Shown here piece after piece: positions 37,710 to 48,752 of a stretch of DNA of 64,000 nucleotides. Each line of letters starts with the position of its first letter. Positions within the stretch are counted from its first letter, which is position 1. The notes beneath the pieces were generated by a model, which ran no database searches, was not told where the DNA came from, and saw only the letters and a list, made by a program, of their open reading frames with translations. The DNA is taken from assembly GCA_938039295.1 (NCBI GenBank), contig CALHUY010000052.1:1196-65195 (forward strand). Direction: 5' to 3'. A program made the position numbers and the translations under genes. Source of the stretch: an uncultured Solobacterium sp. (GTDB lineage Bacteria > Bacillota_I > Bacilli_A > Erysipelotrichales > Erysipelotrichaceae).

Positions 37710-39083
37710 ATGGAGTACAGGAATGAACAATATTTGAAGGAAGTCTGGGATAAACTTCTTCAATATTTGAGTGATAACCAATTAGTTGATATTGTTATAA
37801 TTAATAATTTTTTTAAACCTTGTTTTTTGTATGCAATCACAGATGAAAAAGTGATTATTGTTGCGCCATCTATTATTAATAAACAAATTTTACAGAGCCA
37901 AAATAAAGAAATCGAAGCTTCTTTTATTGATATTTTAAATGTTGATCATAATTTCATTGTAGAAGTACTCTTGAAGAATGAATTAACAATCAATAAGGTA
38001 GTAACAACACCTATTTCTAAAATTGATACAAGTGACTTTGTTTCTTTGCCAATTCAAAAAGATCGTAATTTTGATAATTTCGTTGTTGGTGACTGTAATC
38101 GAGAGAGTCACGCTGCGGCATTAGCTTGTGCAATGAGTCCTGGTAAGTTTTTTAACCCTTTATTTATCTATGGTAATTCTGGTTTAGGTAAAACACATTT
38201 ACTAATGTCGATTGCCAATTATGTATTAAAAGAAGATCCTACAAAGAAGGTTTATTATACAGAATCTCTAAAATTTGTTGAAACTGTTGTTAATGCAATC
38301 AGAAATAATAAAATTGATGAATTTAAACAATATATGTATTCAGTTGATTTATTACTTGTTGATGATATTCAATTCTTAGCTGGTAAAGAAAAATCACATG
38401 AAGTATTCTTCACAATTTATAACGAATTAGTAAATAATCGTAAGCAAATTTGTATTGCGTCTGATCGTTTACCAAAGGAAATTAAAGGTCTTGAAGATCG
38501 CTTAATTAGTCGCTTCTCCAGTGGTTTATCTGTAGGTATCGATTCACCTGAATTTGAAACATCTCTTGCAATTCTTCAAATGAAGATAAAATCTAGTAGT
38601 TATTCCATCGAAGATGTTGATAAAGATGGATTAAATTATATTGCGTCTAACTTTTCAGGAAATGTCAGAGATTTAGAAGGTGCTTGGAATCGTGTATTAT
38701 TCTATGCAATTCAATTCCAACCAGATGGAGGATGTATTCGTTTTGATACGATTATGAATGCATTAAAGAATCAATCAGTTGTTTCTGATAAGACTGGTTT
38801 ATCTCCAAAGAAAATTATCAAAGTTGTCGCAGATTATTATGGATTAACAAGACAACAAGTTACTTCTAAAACACGTACAAAGAATATTGCGAATGCACGT
38901 CATATTTCTATTTATTTATGTCGTAAATTACTTGATATTTCTTATATTAAAATCGGTGAAGAATTTGGTGGTAGAGATCATTCCACTATCATTAGTGCAT
39001 GTACAAAAGTTGAATCACAAATTGCTAAGGACAAAGCAATGTCTGCAGCAGTAAAAGAAATAGAAGATTACTTAAAAGCTTAA
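37710..39083 (+). CDS. dnaA: chromosomal replication initiator protein DnaA
   Basis: AAA+ Walker A GNSGLGKTHL, Walker B LLLVDDIQF, sensor motifs, C-terminal DNA-binding domain (ARHISIYLCRKL). Confidence 0.95.
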   Translation: MEYRNEQYLKEVWDKLLQYLSDNQLVDIVIINNFFKPCFLYAITDEKVIIVAPSIINKQILQSQNKEIEASFIDILNVDHNFIVEVLLKNELTINKVVTTPISKIDTSDFVSLPIQKDRNFDNFVVGDCNRESHAAALACAMSPGKFFNPLFIYGNSGLGKTHLLMSIANYVLKEDPTKKVYYTESLKFVETVVNAIRNNKIDEFKQYMYSVDLLLVDDIQFLAGKEKSHEVFFTIYNELVNNRKQICIASDRLPKEIKGLEDRLISRFSSGLSVGIDSPEFETSLAILQMKIKSSSYSIEDVDKDGLNYIASNFSGNVRDLEGAWNRVLFYAIQFQPDGGCIRFDTIMNALKNQSVVSDKTGLSPKKIIKVVADYYGLTRQQVTSKTRTKNIANARHISIYLCRKLLDISYIKIGEEFGGRDHSTIISACTKVESQIAKDKAMSAAVKEIEDYLKA

Positions 39084-39085
39084 GT

Positions 39086-39225
39086 TATTCACAATTTTAT
39101 CCACTGTAAAATAACAGGTTACAATGCTAAAATAGTATCGTCATTAAAGGCTTTCTAAGAGTTTTCCACATTATCCACATACTTAATAAGAATAAATACT
39201 TAAAATACTTTAAATACACGGGAGA
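39086..39225. other. oriC: oriC part 2: DnaA boxes + AT-rich unwinding region between dnaA and dnaN
   Basis: TTATTCACA 39086, TTATCCACT 39097, TTTTCCACA 39162, perfect TTATCCACA 39171-39179, followed by ~40 nt of >85% AT. Confidence 0.8.
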
Positions 39226-39232
39226 AAAAAAT

Positions 39233-40351
39233 ATGAATTTAACAATTTCCAAAACAGAGTTTTATAACACATTACAGTTAGTATCTAGAGCTATCTCACC
39301 AAATTCTCCACAAACATCTTTAAGAGGATTAAAGATTGAAGTGAAAAATCAATCTATGATAGTGACTGGTAGTGATGCGGATATTTCTATCCAGCGTAAA
39401 ATCACTGCAAATGAGAAGAATAAATTAAATATCTTAGAAGAAGGTTCTATCTTAATTGAATCTAAATACTTATTAGAAATCGTACGTAAGATTGATAGTG
39501 AAGAAATTCATGTTGAGATTATTGATGGATCTCTTACAAAATTCTCAGGTAATTCAGCTGTATTTAAAATCAATGGTATGAATCCACATGATTATCCAAC
39601 AATTGATTTTTCTAAACCAGCAAACTCTGTTGTGATTTCTTCAAGTGTTATGTCTGATATTATTGAACAAACAACATTTGCAACATCTATAAAGGAAACA
39701 AAACCTGTTTTAACTGGTGTTAATTTCCATCTTGCAAATAATATATTATGTTGTACTGCTACTGACTCTTACCGTCTTGCAAAGAAGACAATTCCATTTA
39801 CAAGTCCTGATAGCTTTAATGTAACAATTCCTTCTAAGTCTTTAAATGAAGTAAAGGCTACAATGCTTGGTGATGATTGTGAAATCCAAATCTTCTTGAA
39901 CGATAAGAAAGCACAGTTTGTAAATGAAGATATGATTTTACAAACAAGATTATTAGATGGTGGATATCCAGAAACTGATCGTTTAATTCCTAGAGAATTT
40001 AAATATACCTTAGAAATTAGTCGTAGCGATTTAATTCATGCAATTGACCGTACAACTTTTATTAAGACAGATAATATGACAATTAACCGTCTACAGTGTT
40101 CTACAGAAGAAATTGTACTAACAAATAAGAGTCAAGAAATTGGTGAATCCCATGAAACATTGGTTGGTACATTTACTGGTGAACCTTTAGATATTAGTTT
40201 CTCAGGAAACTATGTCATGGAAGCTGCTAGATCAATCAGAGGAGATAAATTAAAGATTGAATTTGTAGGAGAAATGAGACCATTTATCCTCAGCAGTGAA
40301 GAAGATTCTACAATCTTACAACTTGTTCTTCCAGTTAGAACTTATAACTAA
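39233..40351 (+). CDS. dnaN: DNA polymerase III beta sliding clamp
   Basis: 372 aa with three-domain clamp architecture, directly after dnaA. Confidence 0.95.
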   Translation: MNLTISKTEFYNTLQLVSRAISPNSPQTSLRGLKIEVKNQSMIVTGSDADISIQRKITANEKNKLNILEEGSILIESKYLLEIVRKIDSEEIHVEIIDGSLTKFSGNSAVFKINGMNPHDYPTIDFSKPANSVVISSSVMSDIIEQTTFATSIKETKPVLTGVNFHLANNILCCTATDSYRLAKKTIPFTSPDSFNVTIPSKSLNEVKATMLGDDCEIQIFLNDKKAQFVNEDMILQTRLLDGGYPETDRLIPREFKYTLEISRSDLIHAIDRTTFIKTDNMTINRLQCSTEEIVLTNKSQEIGESHETLVGTFTGEPLDISFSGNYVMEAARSIRGDKLKIEFVGEMRPFILSSEEDSTILQLVLPVRTYN

Positions 40352-40353
40352 TC

Positions 40354-40383
40354 AGAGTAGATAAAATCTACTCTTTTTTTATT
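40354..40383 (+). terminator. rho-independent terminator (AGAGTAGAT-aaa-ATCTACTCT + T8)
   Basis: Perfect 9-bp stem plus T-run after dnaN. Confidence 0.75.
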
Positions 40384-40518
40384 GAAATATCATAAGAATT
40401 TCTGGTTGAATTTTTAGATATAAAAAATGTTTATAAATGCCTTTGTATAAAGGATTTTTTGCGTTTTTTATGATATAATTATATTGGTTTTTTTAAGGTT
40501 TTTATGAAGGAGTTTACG

Positions 40519-40719
40519 ATGAAAAAAATCACAACAGAATACATTACTTTACAGCAATTTATGAAACTCTCTGGCATCGTCTCCACTGGTGGTGAAGCGA
40601 AGCTTAGAATTAAAGAAATGGATATTGTTGTGAATGGTGAAAAAGAAAATCGTAGAGGTAGAAAACTCTATCCAGGCGACAAAGTAAAAATTGAAGGAAA
40701 GACTTTTGTGGTTTTCTAA
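40519..40719 (+). CDS. yaaA: S4-like RNA-binding protein YaaA
   Basis: MKKITTEYITLQQFMKLSGIVSTGGEAK... Start moved to ATG 40519 (RBS AAGGAG 6 nt upstream) rather than the ORF-track 40504. Conserved dnaN-yaaA-recF position. Confidence 0.8.
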   Translation: MKKITTEYITLQQFMKLSGIVSTGGEAKLRIKEMDIVVNGEKENRRGRKLYPGDKVKIEGKTFVVF

Positions 40720-41813
40720 TGTATATCAAAAATATTCAATTAAGAAATTTTAGAAATTATGAAAATGCATATATAGAGTTTAATCCAAGTATCAATCTAA
40801 TCACGGGTGCAAATGCCCAAGGAAAGACAAATTTATTAGAGAGTTTAGTTTATCTTTCATTAACTCGTTCACATCGTATCGTTGATGATAAGAAATTGAT
40901 TCGTAACGATGAGATGTTTGCGAAAATTGATTGTCGATTTGTGGATACAGATGAAAAAGATATAGAAGTAATTATTCATCCAAATGGAAAAACTCTAATG
41001 ATTCATAAAAGACCACTCAAAAAGAGTAGTGAATTCATTGGTTTATTAAATGTAGTTTTATTCTCACCAGATGATCTTAGAATTTTTAATGATCAACCGA
41101 AAGAGAGAAGACGAGTGATGAATCAAGAAATCACAAAAGTTTCTACAAAATATCTATTATCGTTAAATCAATTTCAAATGTACTTAAAAGATAGAAATGC
41201 TTTATTAAAGAGTGAAAAAATTGATTTTAACTATTTAGATATTTTAGATGAACAAATATCTAAGGTAGAAGCGTATATTATCCGTGAAAGAAGAAAGTTT
41301 ATTGAAGTAATTCAATCTGTGATTTCTAAAATTTACCAGGATTTATCTGGAAGTCAAATTCAGTTGGAAGTTGCTTATAAAACTTTCGTTGATGATACAG
41401 ATAACCTAGAAGAAAAAATTCTAGAGATTCATCGTGAATCACGTCAGAAAGATATTGAATATCATATTACGAAAGTTGGTATTCATTTAGATGACTTGAT
41501 ATTTAAGATGGATGATCAAAATTTAATTTACTTTGCAAGTCAAGGTCAAAAGAGAATGGCAATGTTATCGTTTAAATTGGCTTTATTAAATTACATTAAG
41601 TTAATGACGAAGAAACAACCAATTCTACTTTTAGATGATGTATTAAGTGAATTAGATTATAGTCGTCAAAAGAAGTTATTACAGATGGTACAGCGTGATT
41701 TTCAATGCATTATCACGACGACGGAGATTCCTGATTTTTTGAAACATGCAGACATGATGGAATTTTATATAGAAGATGGAAAAATTTTTCCACTTACAGG
41801 AGGTAAGCAATGA
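40719..41813 (+). CDS. recF: DNA replication and repair protein RecF
   Basis: Walker [16 protein letters not shown]-type signature and D-loop ([11 protein letters not shown]). Confidence 0.95.
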   Translation: MYIKNIQLRNFRNYENAYIEFNPSINLITGANAQGKTNLLESLVYLSLTRSHRIVDDKKLIRNDEMFAKIDCRFVDTDEKDIEVIIHPNGKTLMIHKRPLKKSSEFIGLLNVVLFSPDDLRIFNDQPKERRRVMNQEITKVSTKYLLSLNQFQMYLKDRNALLKSEKIDFNYLDILDEQISKVEAYIIRERRKFIEVIQSVISKIYQDLSGSQIQLEVAYKTFVDDTDNLEEKILEIHRESRQKDIEYHITKVGIHLDDLIFKMDDQNLIYFASQGQKRMAMLSFKLALLNYIKLMTKKQPILLLDDVLSELDYSRQKKLLQMVQRDFQCIITTTEIPDFLKHADMMEFYIEDGKIFPLTGGKQ

Positions 41814-43804
41814 GCGATAAATTAGAGCAGGTAACTGAAGTATCTGAAAATAGTGAACTTGTATTAGGACAAGAAATGGATATGAAAGTTACACATACTT
41901 ATAACGACTCTGATATTCAGGTCTTAGATGGCTTGGAAGCTGTACGTAAAAGACCAGGTATGTATATCGCATCAACTTCTTCAAAAGGTTTACATCACCT
42001 TGTTTGGGAAATTGTTGATAATGGTATTGATGAAGCTATGGCGGGTTATGCTTCAACAGTTACTGTAACTGTTGATAAAGACAATATTATTAGTGTTGAA
42101 GATGATGGTCGTGGTATGCCTACAGGTATTAATGAAAAGACAGGTAAGTCTACAATTGAGACAATTTTTACTGTCTTGCACGCTGGTGGTAAATTCGGCG
42201 GTGGTGCTTATAAAGTATCAGGTGGTTTACATGGTGTAGGTGCGTCTGTTGTTAATGCTTTAAGTAGTTGGTTAGAAGTAACTGTATTTCATGATGGAAA
42301 AGAATATTTTATTCGTTTTGAAAATGGTGGTCATCCAGTAGAAAATCTTGTAGAAAAGGGAACATGTCCTACTGATAAGCATGGCTCTACAGTACGTTTC
42401 AAAGCTGATCCAACAATCTTTACTGAAACAGTTGTATATGAACATGAAATCTTACGTGATCGTTTACGTCAATTAGCATTCTTAAATAAGGGTATTTGTT
42501 TGAAGTTTAATGATTTACGTGAAGAAGATGAATCAAAGCGTCATTATGTATTTAAGTTTGATGGTGGTCTAAAACAATATATTGAATTCTTAAATCGTAA
42601 TCGTGATGTTGTAAATCATGAAATTATTTATAGTGAAGGTTATGAAAATAATATTCAAGTAGAAGTTGCTTGTCAGTATAACGATGGCTACAATCCTAAT
42701 ATTTATACTTTCTGTAATAACATCAACACAGGTGAAGGTGGTACACATGAAGAAGGTTTCCGTCTTGCCTTAAACCGCGTTATCAATAAATATGCTCGTG
42801 AAATTGGTTTCTTAAAGGAGAAGGATGATAATCTAACGACAGATGACTGTCGTGAAGGTTTAACAGCTGTTATTAGTGTGAAACATCCAGATCCTCAGTA
42901 CGAAGGACAAACAAAGACAAAATTAGGTAACTCTGAAGTACGTAAGATTGTTTCTGATATCTTTGGTACACAATTAGAGCGTTATCTGATGGAAAATCCT
43001 GATGAGGCAAAGGTTATCCTTGAAAAGGTTGCCTTAGCTTCACAAGCACGTATGGCGGCTAAGAAGGCTCGTGAATTAACAAGAAGAAAGAGTGCTTTAG
43101 AAGTTAGTCCACTTCCTGGTAAGTTAGCAGATTGCTCATCTAAGGATGCGTCTATCTGTGAAATCTATATCGTCGAGGGACAGTCAGCCGGCGGTTCCGC
43201 AAAACAAGGAAGAGATTCACACTTCCAGGCAATTCTACCGTTAAGAGGTAAGATACTTAACGTAGAAAAGGCTAGACAGTCTCGTATTTATGAAAATGCA
43301 GAAATTCGTTCCATGATTACTGCATTTGGATGTGGTGTTAGTGATGAAATTGATCTTGAGAAGTTACGTTATCACAAGATTGTTATCATGACCGATGCCG
43401 ACGTTGATGGTGCACATATTCGTACATTATTATTAACATTCTTCTATCGTTATTTACGTCCTTTATTGGAACAGGGTTATATCTATATTGCACAACCACC
43501 TCTCTATAAGATTCAAAAGGGTCAGACTGTTCGTTATGCATATACAGATAGTCAATTAGAAGATGTAAAACGTGAACTGGGTGATCGTCTCAGTATTCAA
43601 CGTTATAAGGGATTAGGTGAAATGAATCCTGAACAGTTGTGGGAAACAACAATGGATCCTAAGAATCGTACATTGATTCGAGTTACAGTAGGTGATGCGG
43701 AAGCAGCTGACTATAACTTTACAATGTTGATGGGTGAAGAAGTTGAACCTCGTAAGAACTTTATTGTAGAAAACGCACACTTTGCGGAAAACTTGGATTT
43801 CTAA
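41810..43804 (+). CDS. gyrB: DNA gyrase subunit B
   Basis: GHKL ATPase, TOPRIM (EGDSAGG), [13 protein letters not shown]-terminal GyrB tail. Confidence 0.97.
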   Translation: MSDKLEQVTEVSENSELVLGQEMDMKVTHTYNDSDIQVLDGLEAVRKRPGMYIASTSSKGLHHLVWEIVDNGIDEAMAGYASTVTVTVDKDNIISVEDDGRGMPTGINEKTGKSTIETIFTVLHAGGKFGGGAYKVSGGLHGVGASVVNALSSWLEVTVFHDGKEYFIRFENGGHPVENLVEKGTCPTDKHGSTVRFKADPTIFTETVVYEHEILRDRLRQLAFLNKGICLKFNDLREEDESKRHYVFKFDGGLKQYIEFLNRNRDVVNHEIIYSEGYENNIQVEVACQYNDGYNPNIYTFCNNINTGEGGTHEEGFRLALNRVINKYAREIGFLKEKDDNLTTDDCREGLTAVISVKHPDPQYEGQTKTKLGNSEVRKIVSDIFGTQLERYLMENPDEAKVILEKVALASQARMAAKKARELTRRKSALEVSPLPGKLADCSSKDASICEIYIVEGQSAGGSAKQGRDSHFQAILPLRGKILNVEKARQSRIYENAEIRSMITAFGCGVSDEIDLEKLRYHKIVIMTDADVDGAHIRTLLLTFFYRYLRPLLEQGYIYIAQPPLYKIQKGQTVRYAYTDSQLEDVKRELGDRLSIQRYKGLGEMNPEQLWETTMDPKNRTLIRVTVGDAEAADYNFTMLMGEEVEPRKNFIVENAHFAENLDF

Positions 43805-43822
43805 GAAAGGAGATAAATTACA

Positions 43823-46405
43823 ATGGCTTTAGATGATTTTATGGAATTTGACGAAAGTAATTTTGATCCTGGACATATTACAGAAACAGAATTAACAAAA
43901 GAAATTCGTCGTGACTTCTTGGAGTATTCGATGTCAGTTATCGTATCACGTGCATTACCAGATGTACGTGATGGTTTAAAACCTGTACAGAGAAGAATTC
44001 TTTACTCCATGCATGAGATGAACATCGGTCCTGACAAGGCATATCGTAAGAGTGCACGTATTGTCGGTGATACGATGGGTAAATATCACCCTCATGGTGA
44101 CTCTTCTATCTATGGTGCGTTAGTTTATTTAGCACAACCATGGAATATGAGAACTGTATTGGTTGATGGACATGGTAACTTTGGTTCTATGGATGGTGAT
44201 GATCCAGCTGCGATGCGTTATACCGAAGCACGTATGTCTAAGATTGCGGTAGAAATGTTACGTGATCTTGAAAAAGATACAGTTGATATGGTTGATAACT
44301 ATGATGGTCAAGAAAAAGAACCTACAGTTTTACCATCACGTTATCCAAACTTAATCGTAAATGGTTCTTCTGGTATTGCGGTAGGTATGGCAACCAATGT
44401 TGCACCACATAACTTAGGAGAAACAATTGATGGAATTTTTGCGGTTATGGATAACCCAGAAATTACAGCGACTGAATTAATGAACTACATGAAGGGTCCT
44501 GACTTTCCTACAGGTGCGTATATCTTAGGTAGATCGGGTATTCGCCAAGCATTTGAAACTGGTCGTGGATCAGTCATCATGCGTGCTAAGACAAAGATTG
44601 AAGAAATGCCAAATGGCAAATCTCGTATCGTAGTCTATGAATTACCTTACATGGTAAATAAAGCTAGCTTGGTAGAAAGAATTGCGACTTTAGTTAGAGA
44701 TAAAGTAATTGAAGGTATTACTGACTTACGTGATGAATCTAATATGGATGGTATCCGTGTTGTAATTGAATTACGTAAGGATATCCAACCAGATGTCATG
44801 TTAAATCAGTTATATCGTTCTACACCTCTACAATCTAACTTTGGTGTAAACAATGTTGTATTATTCAATGGTGTTCCTCGCCAAGCGAGTATGATTGACC
44901 TTCTAAAGGGTTATATTGCATTCCAGGATGAAGTAATCGTACGTCGTACACAGTTTGATTTAAAGAAAGCGCAAGATCGTGCACATATTTTAGAAGGTTT
45001 ACGTATTGCAGTTGATAATCTAGATGCGATTATTCATACAATTCGTGATTCACGTGATCCTAATGAAGCGATGCCACGTTTGATGGAAGGCTTTGGATTA
45101 GATGAAATTCAAGCCAAGGCAATCTTAGACATGCAGTTTAGAAGACTAACAGGTCTTGAACGTGAAAAGATTGAAAATGAATATCAAGATCTATTGATTA
45201 AGATTGCTGACTTCCAGGATATTCTTTCTAATCATGCACGAGTATTACAAATCATTCGTGATGAATTGAGTGAAGTGAAGGCGAAGTTTAATGATCCACG
45301 ACGTAGTGAGATTATCGACGCAATCGCTGATGTAGAAGATGAAGACTTGATTCCAGTTGAAAATATCATTATTACGTTATCTTCAAACGGATATATTAAG
45401 CGTTTAACAACAGATACTTATCATGTACAAAACCGTGGTGGTAAGGGTATCAAGGGTATGGAACTCCATAAGGATGACATTATTGATCAGTTTATCAGTA
45501 TGTCTACACATGACCACTTATTAGTATTTACAGATAAGGGTAAGGTATATCGTATTAAGGGATATAACGTGCCTGAATTCAGTAGAACAAGTAAGGGCAT
45601 TCCTGCTATCAACTTAATCAGTATGGATAAGACTGAAAATATTCGTGCTCTTGTACCATATAGCAAGGAGCATGATTCTAAGTTCTTATTCTTCGTTACA
45701 AAACAGGGTATTATCAAACGTACTACATTTGATGAATATGAAAATATTAATAAGAATGGTAAGATTGCGATTAAGTTAAATGAAGATGATGAACTTGCAT
45801 TTGTAAGAAGTACAGATGGTAATGCGGAAATTATTATTGCAGGTTCAAATGGTAAGGCTGTTCGCTTCCTTGAAAACACAGTTCGTCCTCTAGGACGTAC
45901 AGCACGTGGTGTGAAGGGATTCAACGTTGATGGTGGTTATGTCATCGGACTAGCTACAAATCTTGAAGGTGAATATATCTTAACAATTACAGAAAATGGA
46001 TTTGGTAAGAAGTCATCCTTAGAGGATTATCGTATGACACGTCGTGGTGCACGTGGTGTTAAGACGGTTAATGTTACAGAGAAGTCAGGTAAGCTTGTAT
46101 GTATGCGTGCTGTAAGAGGCGATGAAGACTGCATGATTATGACTGCTGGTGGTATTGTAATCCGTATTTCTCTAAACCAGGTATCTGTATATAGTCGTTC
46201 TGCACAAGGTGTGAAGGTTATTAATGTGAAGGATGATATTGTTTCATCTGTTGCAATCCTTGAACCTGAGGAAGATTCAGAAGTTGTAGACATCTCTCAT
46301 AATGAAGTGTTAGATGAAGGTGTTTTTGAAGAAACAGCAGAGGATGAAGAAGATATCATCGAAAATGATGAGGAAGAAGTAACAGATTCTGATTCAGAAG
46401 AATAA
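43823..46405 (+). CDS. gyrA: DNA gyrase subunit A (with a long acidic C-terminal tail)
   Basis: Catalytic region with [10 protein letters not shown] (active-site Tyr), GyrA-box-like beta-pinwheel repeats, ~45-aa D/E-rich tail. Confidence 0.97.
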   Translation: MALDDFMEFDESNFDPGHITETELTKEIRRDFLEYSMSVIVSRALPDVRDGLKPVQRRILYSMHEMNIGPDKAYRKSARIVGDTMGKYHPHGDSSIYGALVYLAQPWNMRTVLVDGHGNFGSMDGDDPAAMRYTEARMSKIAVEMLRDLEKDTVDMVDNYDGQEKEPTVLPSRYPNLIVNGSSGIAVGMATNVAPHNLGETIDGIFAVMDNPEITATELMNYMKGPDFPTGAYILGRSGIRQAFETGRGSVIMRAKTKIEEMPNGKSRIVVYELPYMVNKASLVERIATLVRDKVIEGITDLRDESNMDGIRVVIELRKDIQPDVMLNQLYRSTPLQSNFGVNNVVLFNGVPRQASMIDLLKGYIAFQDEVIVRRTQFDLKKAQDRAHILEGLRIAVDNLDAIIHTIRDSRDPNEAMPRLMEGFGLDEIQAKAILDMQFRRLTGLEREKIENEYQDLLIKIADFQDILSNHARVLQIIRDELSEVKAKFNDPRRSEIIDAIADVEDEDLIPVENIIITLSSNGYIKRLTTDTYHVQNRGGKGIKGMELHKDDIIDQFISMSTHDHLLVFTDKGKVYRIKGYNVPEFSRTSKGIPAINLISMDKTENIRALVPYSKEHDSKFLFFVTKQGIIKRTTFDEYENINKNGKIAIKLNEDDELAFVRSTDGNAEIIIAGSNGKAVRFLENTVRPLGRTARGVKGFNVDGGYVIGLATNLEGEYILTITENGFGKKSSLEDYRMTRRGARGVKTVNVTEKSGKLVCMRAVRGDEDCMIMTAGGIVIRISLNQVSVYSRSAQGVKVINVKDDIVSSVAILEPEEDSEVVDISHNEVLDEGVFEETAEDEEDIIENDEEEVTDSDSEE

Positions 46406-46410
46406 AAAAT

Positions 46411-46444
46411 GAGACAGGGTGTATAAAGCACTCTGTCTTTTCTA
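46411..46444 (+). terminator. rho-independent terminator of gyrA (GACAGGGTG-tataaag-CACTCTGTC + TTTTCT)
   Basis: 9-bp stem (one G-U) plus T-run. A second bidirectional hairpin at 46452-46490 closes the convergent minus-strand gene. Confidence 0.65.
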
Positions 46445-46495
46445 TCTGAATATAAAAAAACTTCCGTAGCGAAATGCAGAAGTTTTATTTAGAGA

Positions 46496-46933
46496 TTACT
46501 TTTTCTTAGTAGTCTTCTTAGCTGGTTTAGCAGCTTTCTTTGTTACTGGTGCTTTTTTTGTTGATTTCTTTGTAGTTACTGGCTTTGCAACTGTCTTTTT
46601 AGTAACTTTCTTTGCAGCAGGTTTAGCAACTGTCTTCTTAGCTACTGGTTTTGCGACTTTCTTAGCCGGAGTAGTTTTCTTGGCAACTTTCTTTTCAGCC
46701 TTCACTGGAGCCTTCTTTGTTACTTTCTTTGTGGCAGTCTTCTTTCCATTCTTTTCCATATCTGCAAGAATTAGATCACATAAGTAACCCTTTACAGATT
46801 CTTTAGCTTCAAGCCAAGCAATAACTGTTTTCTCAACTTTATTGTTAAAGCGGACTGAGAATGAGCGGTAGTTGTTTCTGTTGTAGTTGTTGTTATACTC
46901 TAACTTCTGTTTGTACTGCGACTTTTTTGCCAT
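46496..46933 (-). CDS. ribbon-helix-helix-like N-terminal domain fused to a lysine/alanine-rich histone-H1-like tail (145 aa)
   Basis: N-terminus RSFSVRFNNKVEKTVIAWLEAKESVKGYLCDLILADMEK fits a beta-alpha-alpha (RHH) pattern. C-terminus is ~80 aa of KKxAKP/KKVTKK repeats. Confidence 0.6.
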   Translation of the reverse strand: MAKKSQYKQKLEYNNNYNRNNYRSFSVRFNNKVEKTVIAWLEAKESVKGYLCDLILADMEKNGKKTATKKVTKKAPVKAEKKVAKKTTPAKKVAKPVAKKTVAKPAAKKVTKKTVAKPVTTKKSTKKAPVTKKAAKPAKKTTKKK

Positions 46934-47044
46934 ACCTATTCTCCTTATTATTAAAACAACTATGTTGTTTAATCACTTTTAATATATCACTGTTTTGTAA
47001 CATTGACAAATTTCTATCAAGATGATTAAATAATTTTGTAAAAA

Positions 47045-47275
47045 CGTTGATAGAGAATAGTAGTACAAAAGCATTTACAGAAAGGTAACGGATGATGTGA
47101 GTTGCCATTGTGATGTATGAATCCGCTCTTGAGTGAAACTAATACTTTCCGGTTGTCCCGTTATTGCTAATGAAGTGGTTAAATTGTTTCACGTGAAACA
47201 ATTTAACAAAAAGGGTGGCACCGCGTTGACATCGTCCCTTTGTTGGATGATGCTTTTTTATTTTTAGAGGAGAGG
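47045..47275 (+). promoter_or_regulatory. T-box leader (tRNA-sensing riboswitch) controlling serS
   Basis: Conserved T-box sequence AAAAAGGGTGGCACCGCG at 47207-47224 (consensus AAUUAGGGUGGNACCGCG). A terminator helix (AACAAAAAGGG...CCCTTTGTT + T-run) follows. Candidate Ser specifier UCC in ...ACUUUCCGG... at ~47145. Candidate promoter TTGACA 47003-47008. Confidence 0.75.
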
Positions 47276-47281
47276 TAAATT

Positions 47282-48583
47282 ATGATAGATATTAATCTAA
47301 TTAGAGAAAATCCAGAACTTGTTAAAGAGAATATCAAGAAGAAGTTCCAAGATGAAAAGTTAGTACTTGTTGATGAAGTATTAAATATGGATGCTGAGTA
47401 TCGTGCTGCGAAAACACGTGGAGATACTCTGCGCGGAGAGAGAAATAAGATTTCTAAACAAATTGGTCTCTACATGAGAGATAAGAACATTGAAGCTGCA
47501 GAACAAGCCAAACAATCTGTAAAGGATATGGATGCAGAGCTAGAAAGCTTAGAAGTGAAGGAAGAGAAACTTGCTGAAGAAATCAAGAATAGAATGATGG
47601 TTATTCCTAATATCATTGATCCTTCAGTTCCAATTGGAAAAGATGATTCAGAAAATGTAGAAATCCAAAAATATGGCGAACCAGTCATTCCTTCATTTGA
47701 AATTCCATATCATACAGATATTTTAGAGAAACTTGCTGGTATTGATATTGATAGTGCTGGAAGAACATCTGGTAACGGCTTCTATTACTTACAAGGAGAT
47801 GTAGCTAGATTACATTCTTCAATTCTTGCGTATGCTAGAGATTTCATGATCAATAGAGGATTTACTTACTTCATTCCTCCATTCATGATTCATAGTAGCG
47901 TTGTAACAGGTGTTATGAGTTTTGCAGAAATGCAAAATATGATGTATAAGATTGAAGGTGAAGATTTATACCTAATTGGTACATCTGAACACTCAATGAT
48001 TGGTCGTTTCATGGGTCAAATCTTAAAAGAAGAAGATTTACCATACGCTTTAACATCATATAGCCCATGCTTCCGTAAGGAAGTTGGTGCACACGGAATC
48101 GAAGAAAGAGGTCTTTACCGTGTACATCAATTTGAAAAACAAGAAATGGTAGTTGTATGTAAGCCTGAAGACTCTATGGAATGGTATGAGAAGTTATGGC
48201 AGAATAGCGTAGACTTCTTCCGTTCGTTAGATATTCCTGTAAGAACTTTGGAATGCTGCTCCGGTGACTTAGCAGATCTTAAGGTTAAGAGTTGCGACGT
48301 TGAAGCTTGGTCTCCACGTCAGAAGAAGTACTTTGAAGTTGGAAGCTGCTCTAATTTAGGTGATGCTCAGGCTAGAAGACTTGGAATTCGAATTAAGGGT
48401 GAAAAGGGCAACTACTTTGCACATACATTAAATAATACAGTAGTAGCTCCACCACGTATGCTAATTGCATTTGTTGAAAATAACTTAAATGAAGATGGAT
48501 CACTCAATATTCCAGAACCACTCAGACCATATATGGGTGGACAGGACAAGATTGTTCCTCCAACAAAGAAGAAGAGTTTCTAA
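47282..48583 (+). CDS. serS: seryl-tRNA synthetase
   Basis: N-terminal coiled-coil arm plus class II aaRS motifs. 433 aa. Confidence 0.95.
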   Translation: MIDINLIRENPELVKENIKKKFQDEKLVLVDEVLNMDAEYRAAKTRGDTLRGERNKISKQIGLYMRDKNIEAAEQAKQSVKDMDAELESLEVKEEKLAEEIKNRMMVIPNIIDPSVPIGKDDSENVEIQKYGEPVIPSFEIPYHTDILEKLAGIDIDSAGRTSGNGFYYLQGDVARLHSSILAYARDFMINRGFTYFIPPFMIHSSVVTGVMSFAEMQNMMYKIEGEDLYLIGTSEHSMIGRFMGQILKEEDLPYALTSYSPCFRKEVGAHGIEERGLYRVHQFEKQEMVVVCKPEDSMEWYEKLWQNSVDFFRSLDIPVRTLECCSGDLADLKVKSCDVEAWSPRQKKYFEVGSCSNLGDAQARRLGIRIKGEKGNYFAHTLNNTVVAPPRMLIAFVENNLNEDGSLNIPEPLRPYMGGQDKIVPPTKKKSF

Positions 48584-48587
48584 AAAC

Positions 48588-48622
48588 AAAAGGATTGTTT
48601 CACGTGAAACAATCCTTTTAAA
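48588..48622 (+). terminator. serS terminator: perfect palindrome GGATTGTTTCAC|GTGAAACAATCC flanked by A4/T4
   Basis: 12-bp perfect inverted repeat centred on CACGTG. Shares the 18-mer TTGTTTCACGTGAAACAA with the T-box leader. Confidence 0.6.
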
Positions 48623-48630
48623 ATACATAC

Positions 48631-48659
48631 TTGGAGAAGTAAGATAAATTTGCTATAAT
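48631..48659 (+). promoter_or_regulatory. promoter of SRP RNA (-35 TTGGAG 48631-48636; extended -10 TGcTATAAT 48651-48659; 17-nt spacer)
   Basis: Near-consensus sigma-A promoter immediately upstream of the SRP RNA. Confidence 0.6.
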
Positions 48660-48665
48660 CATACA

Positions 48666-48745
<80 letters not shown>

Positions 48746-48752
48746 TTATTTT

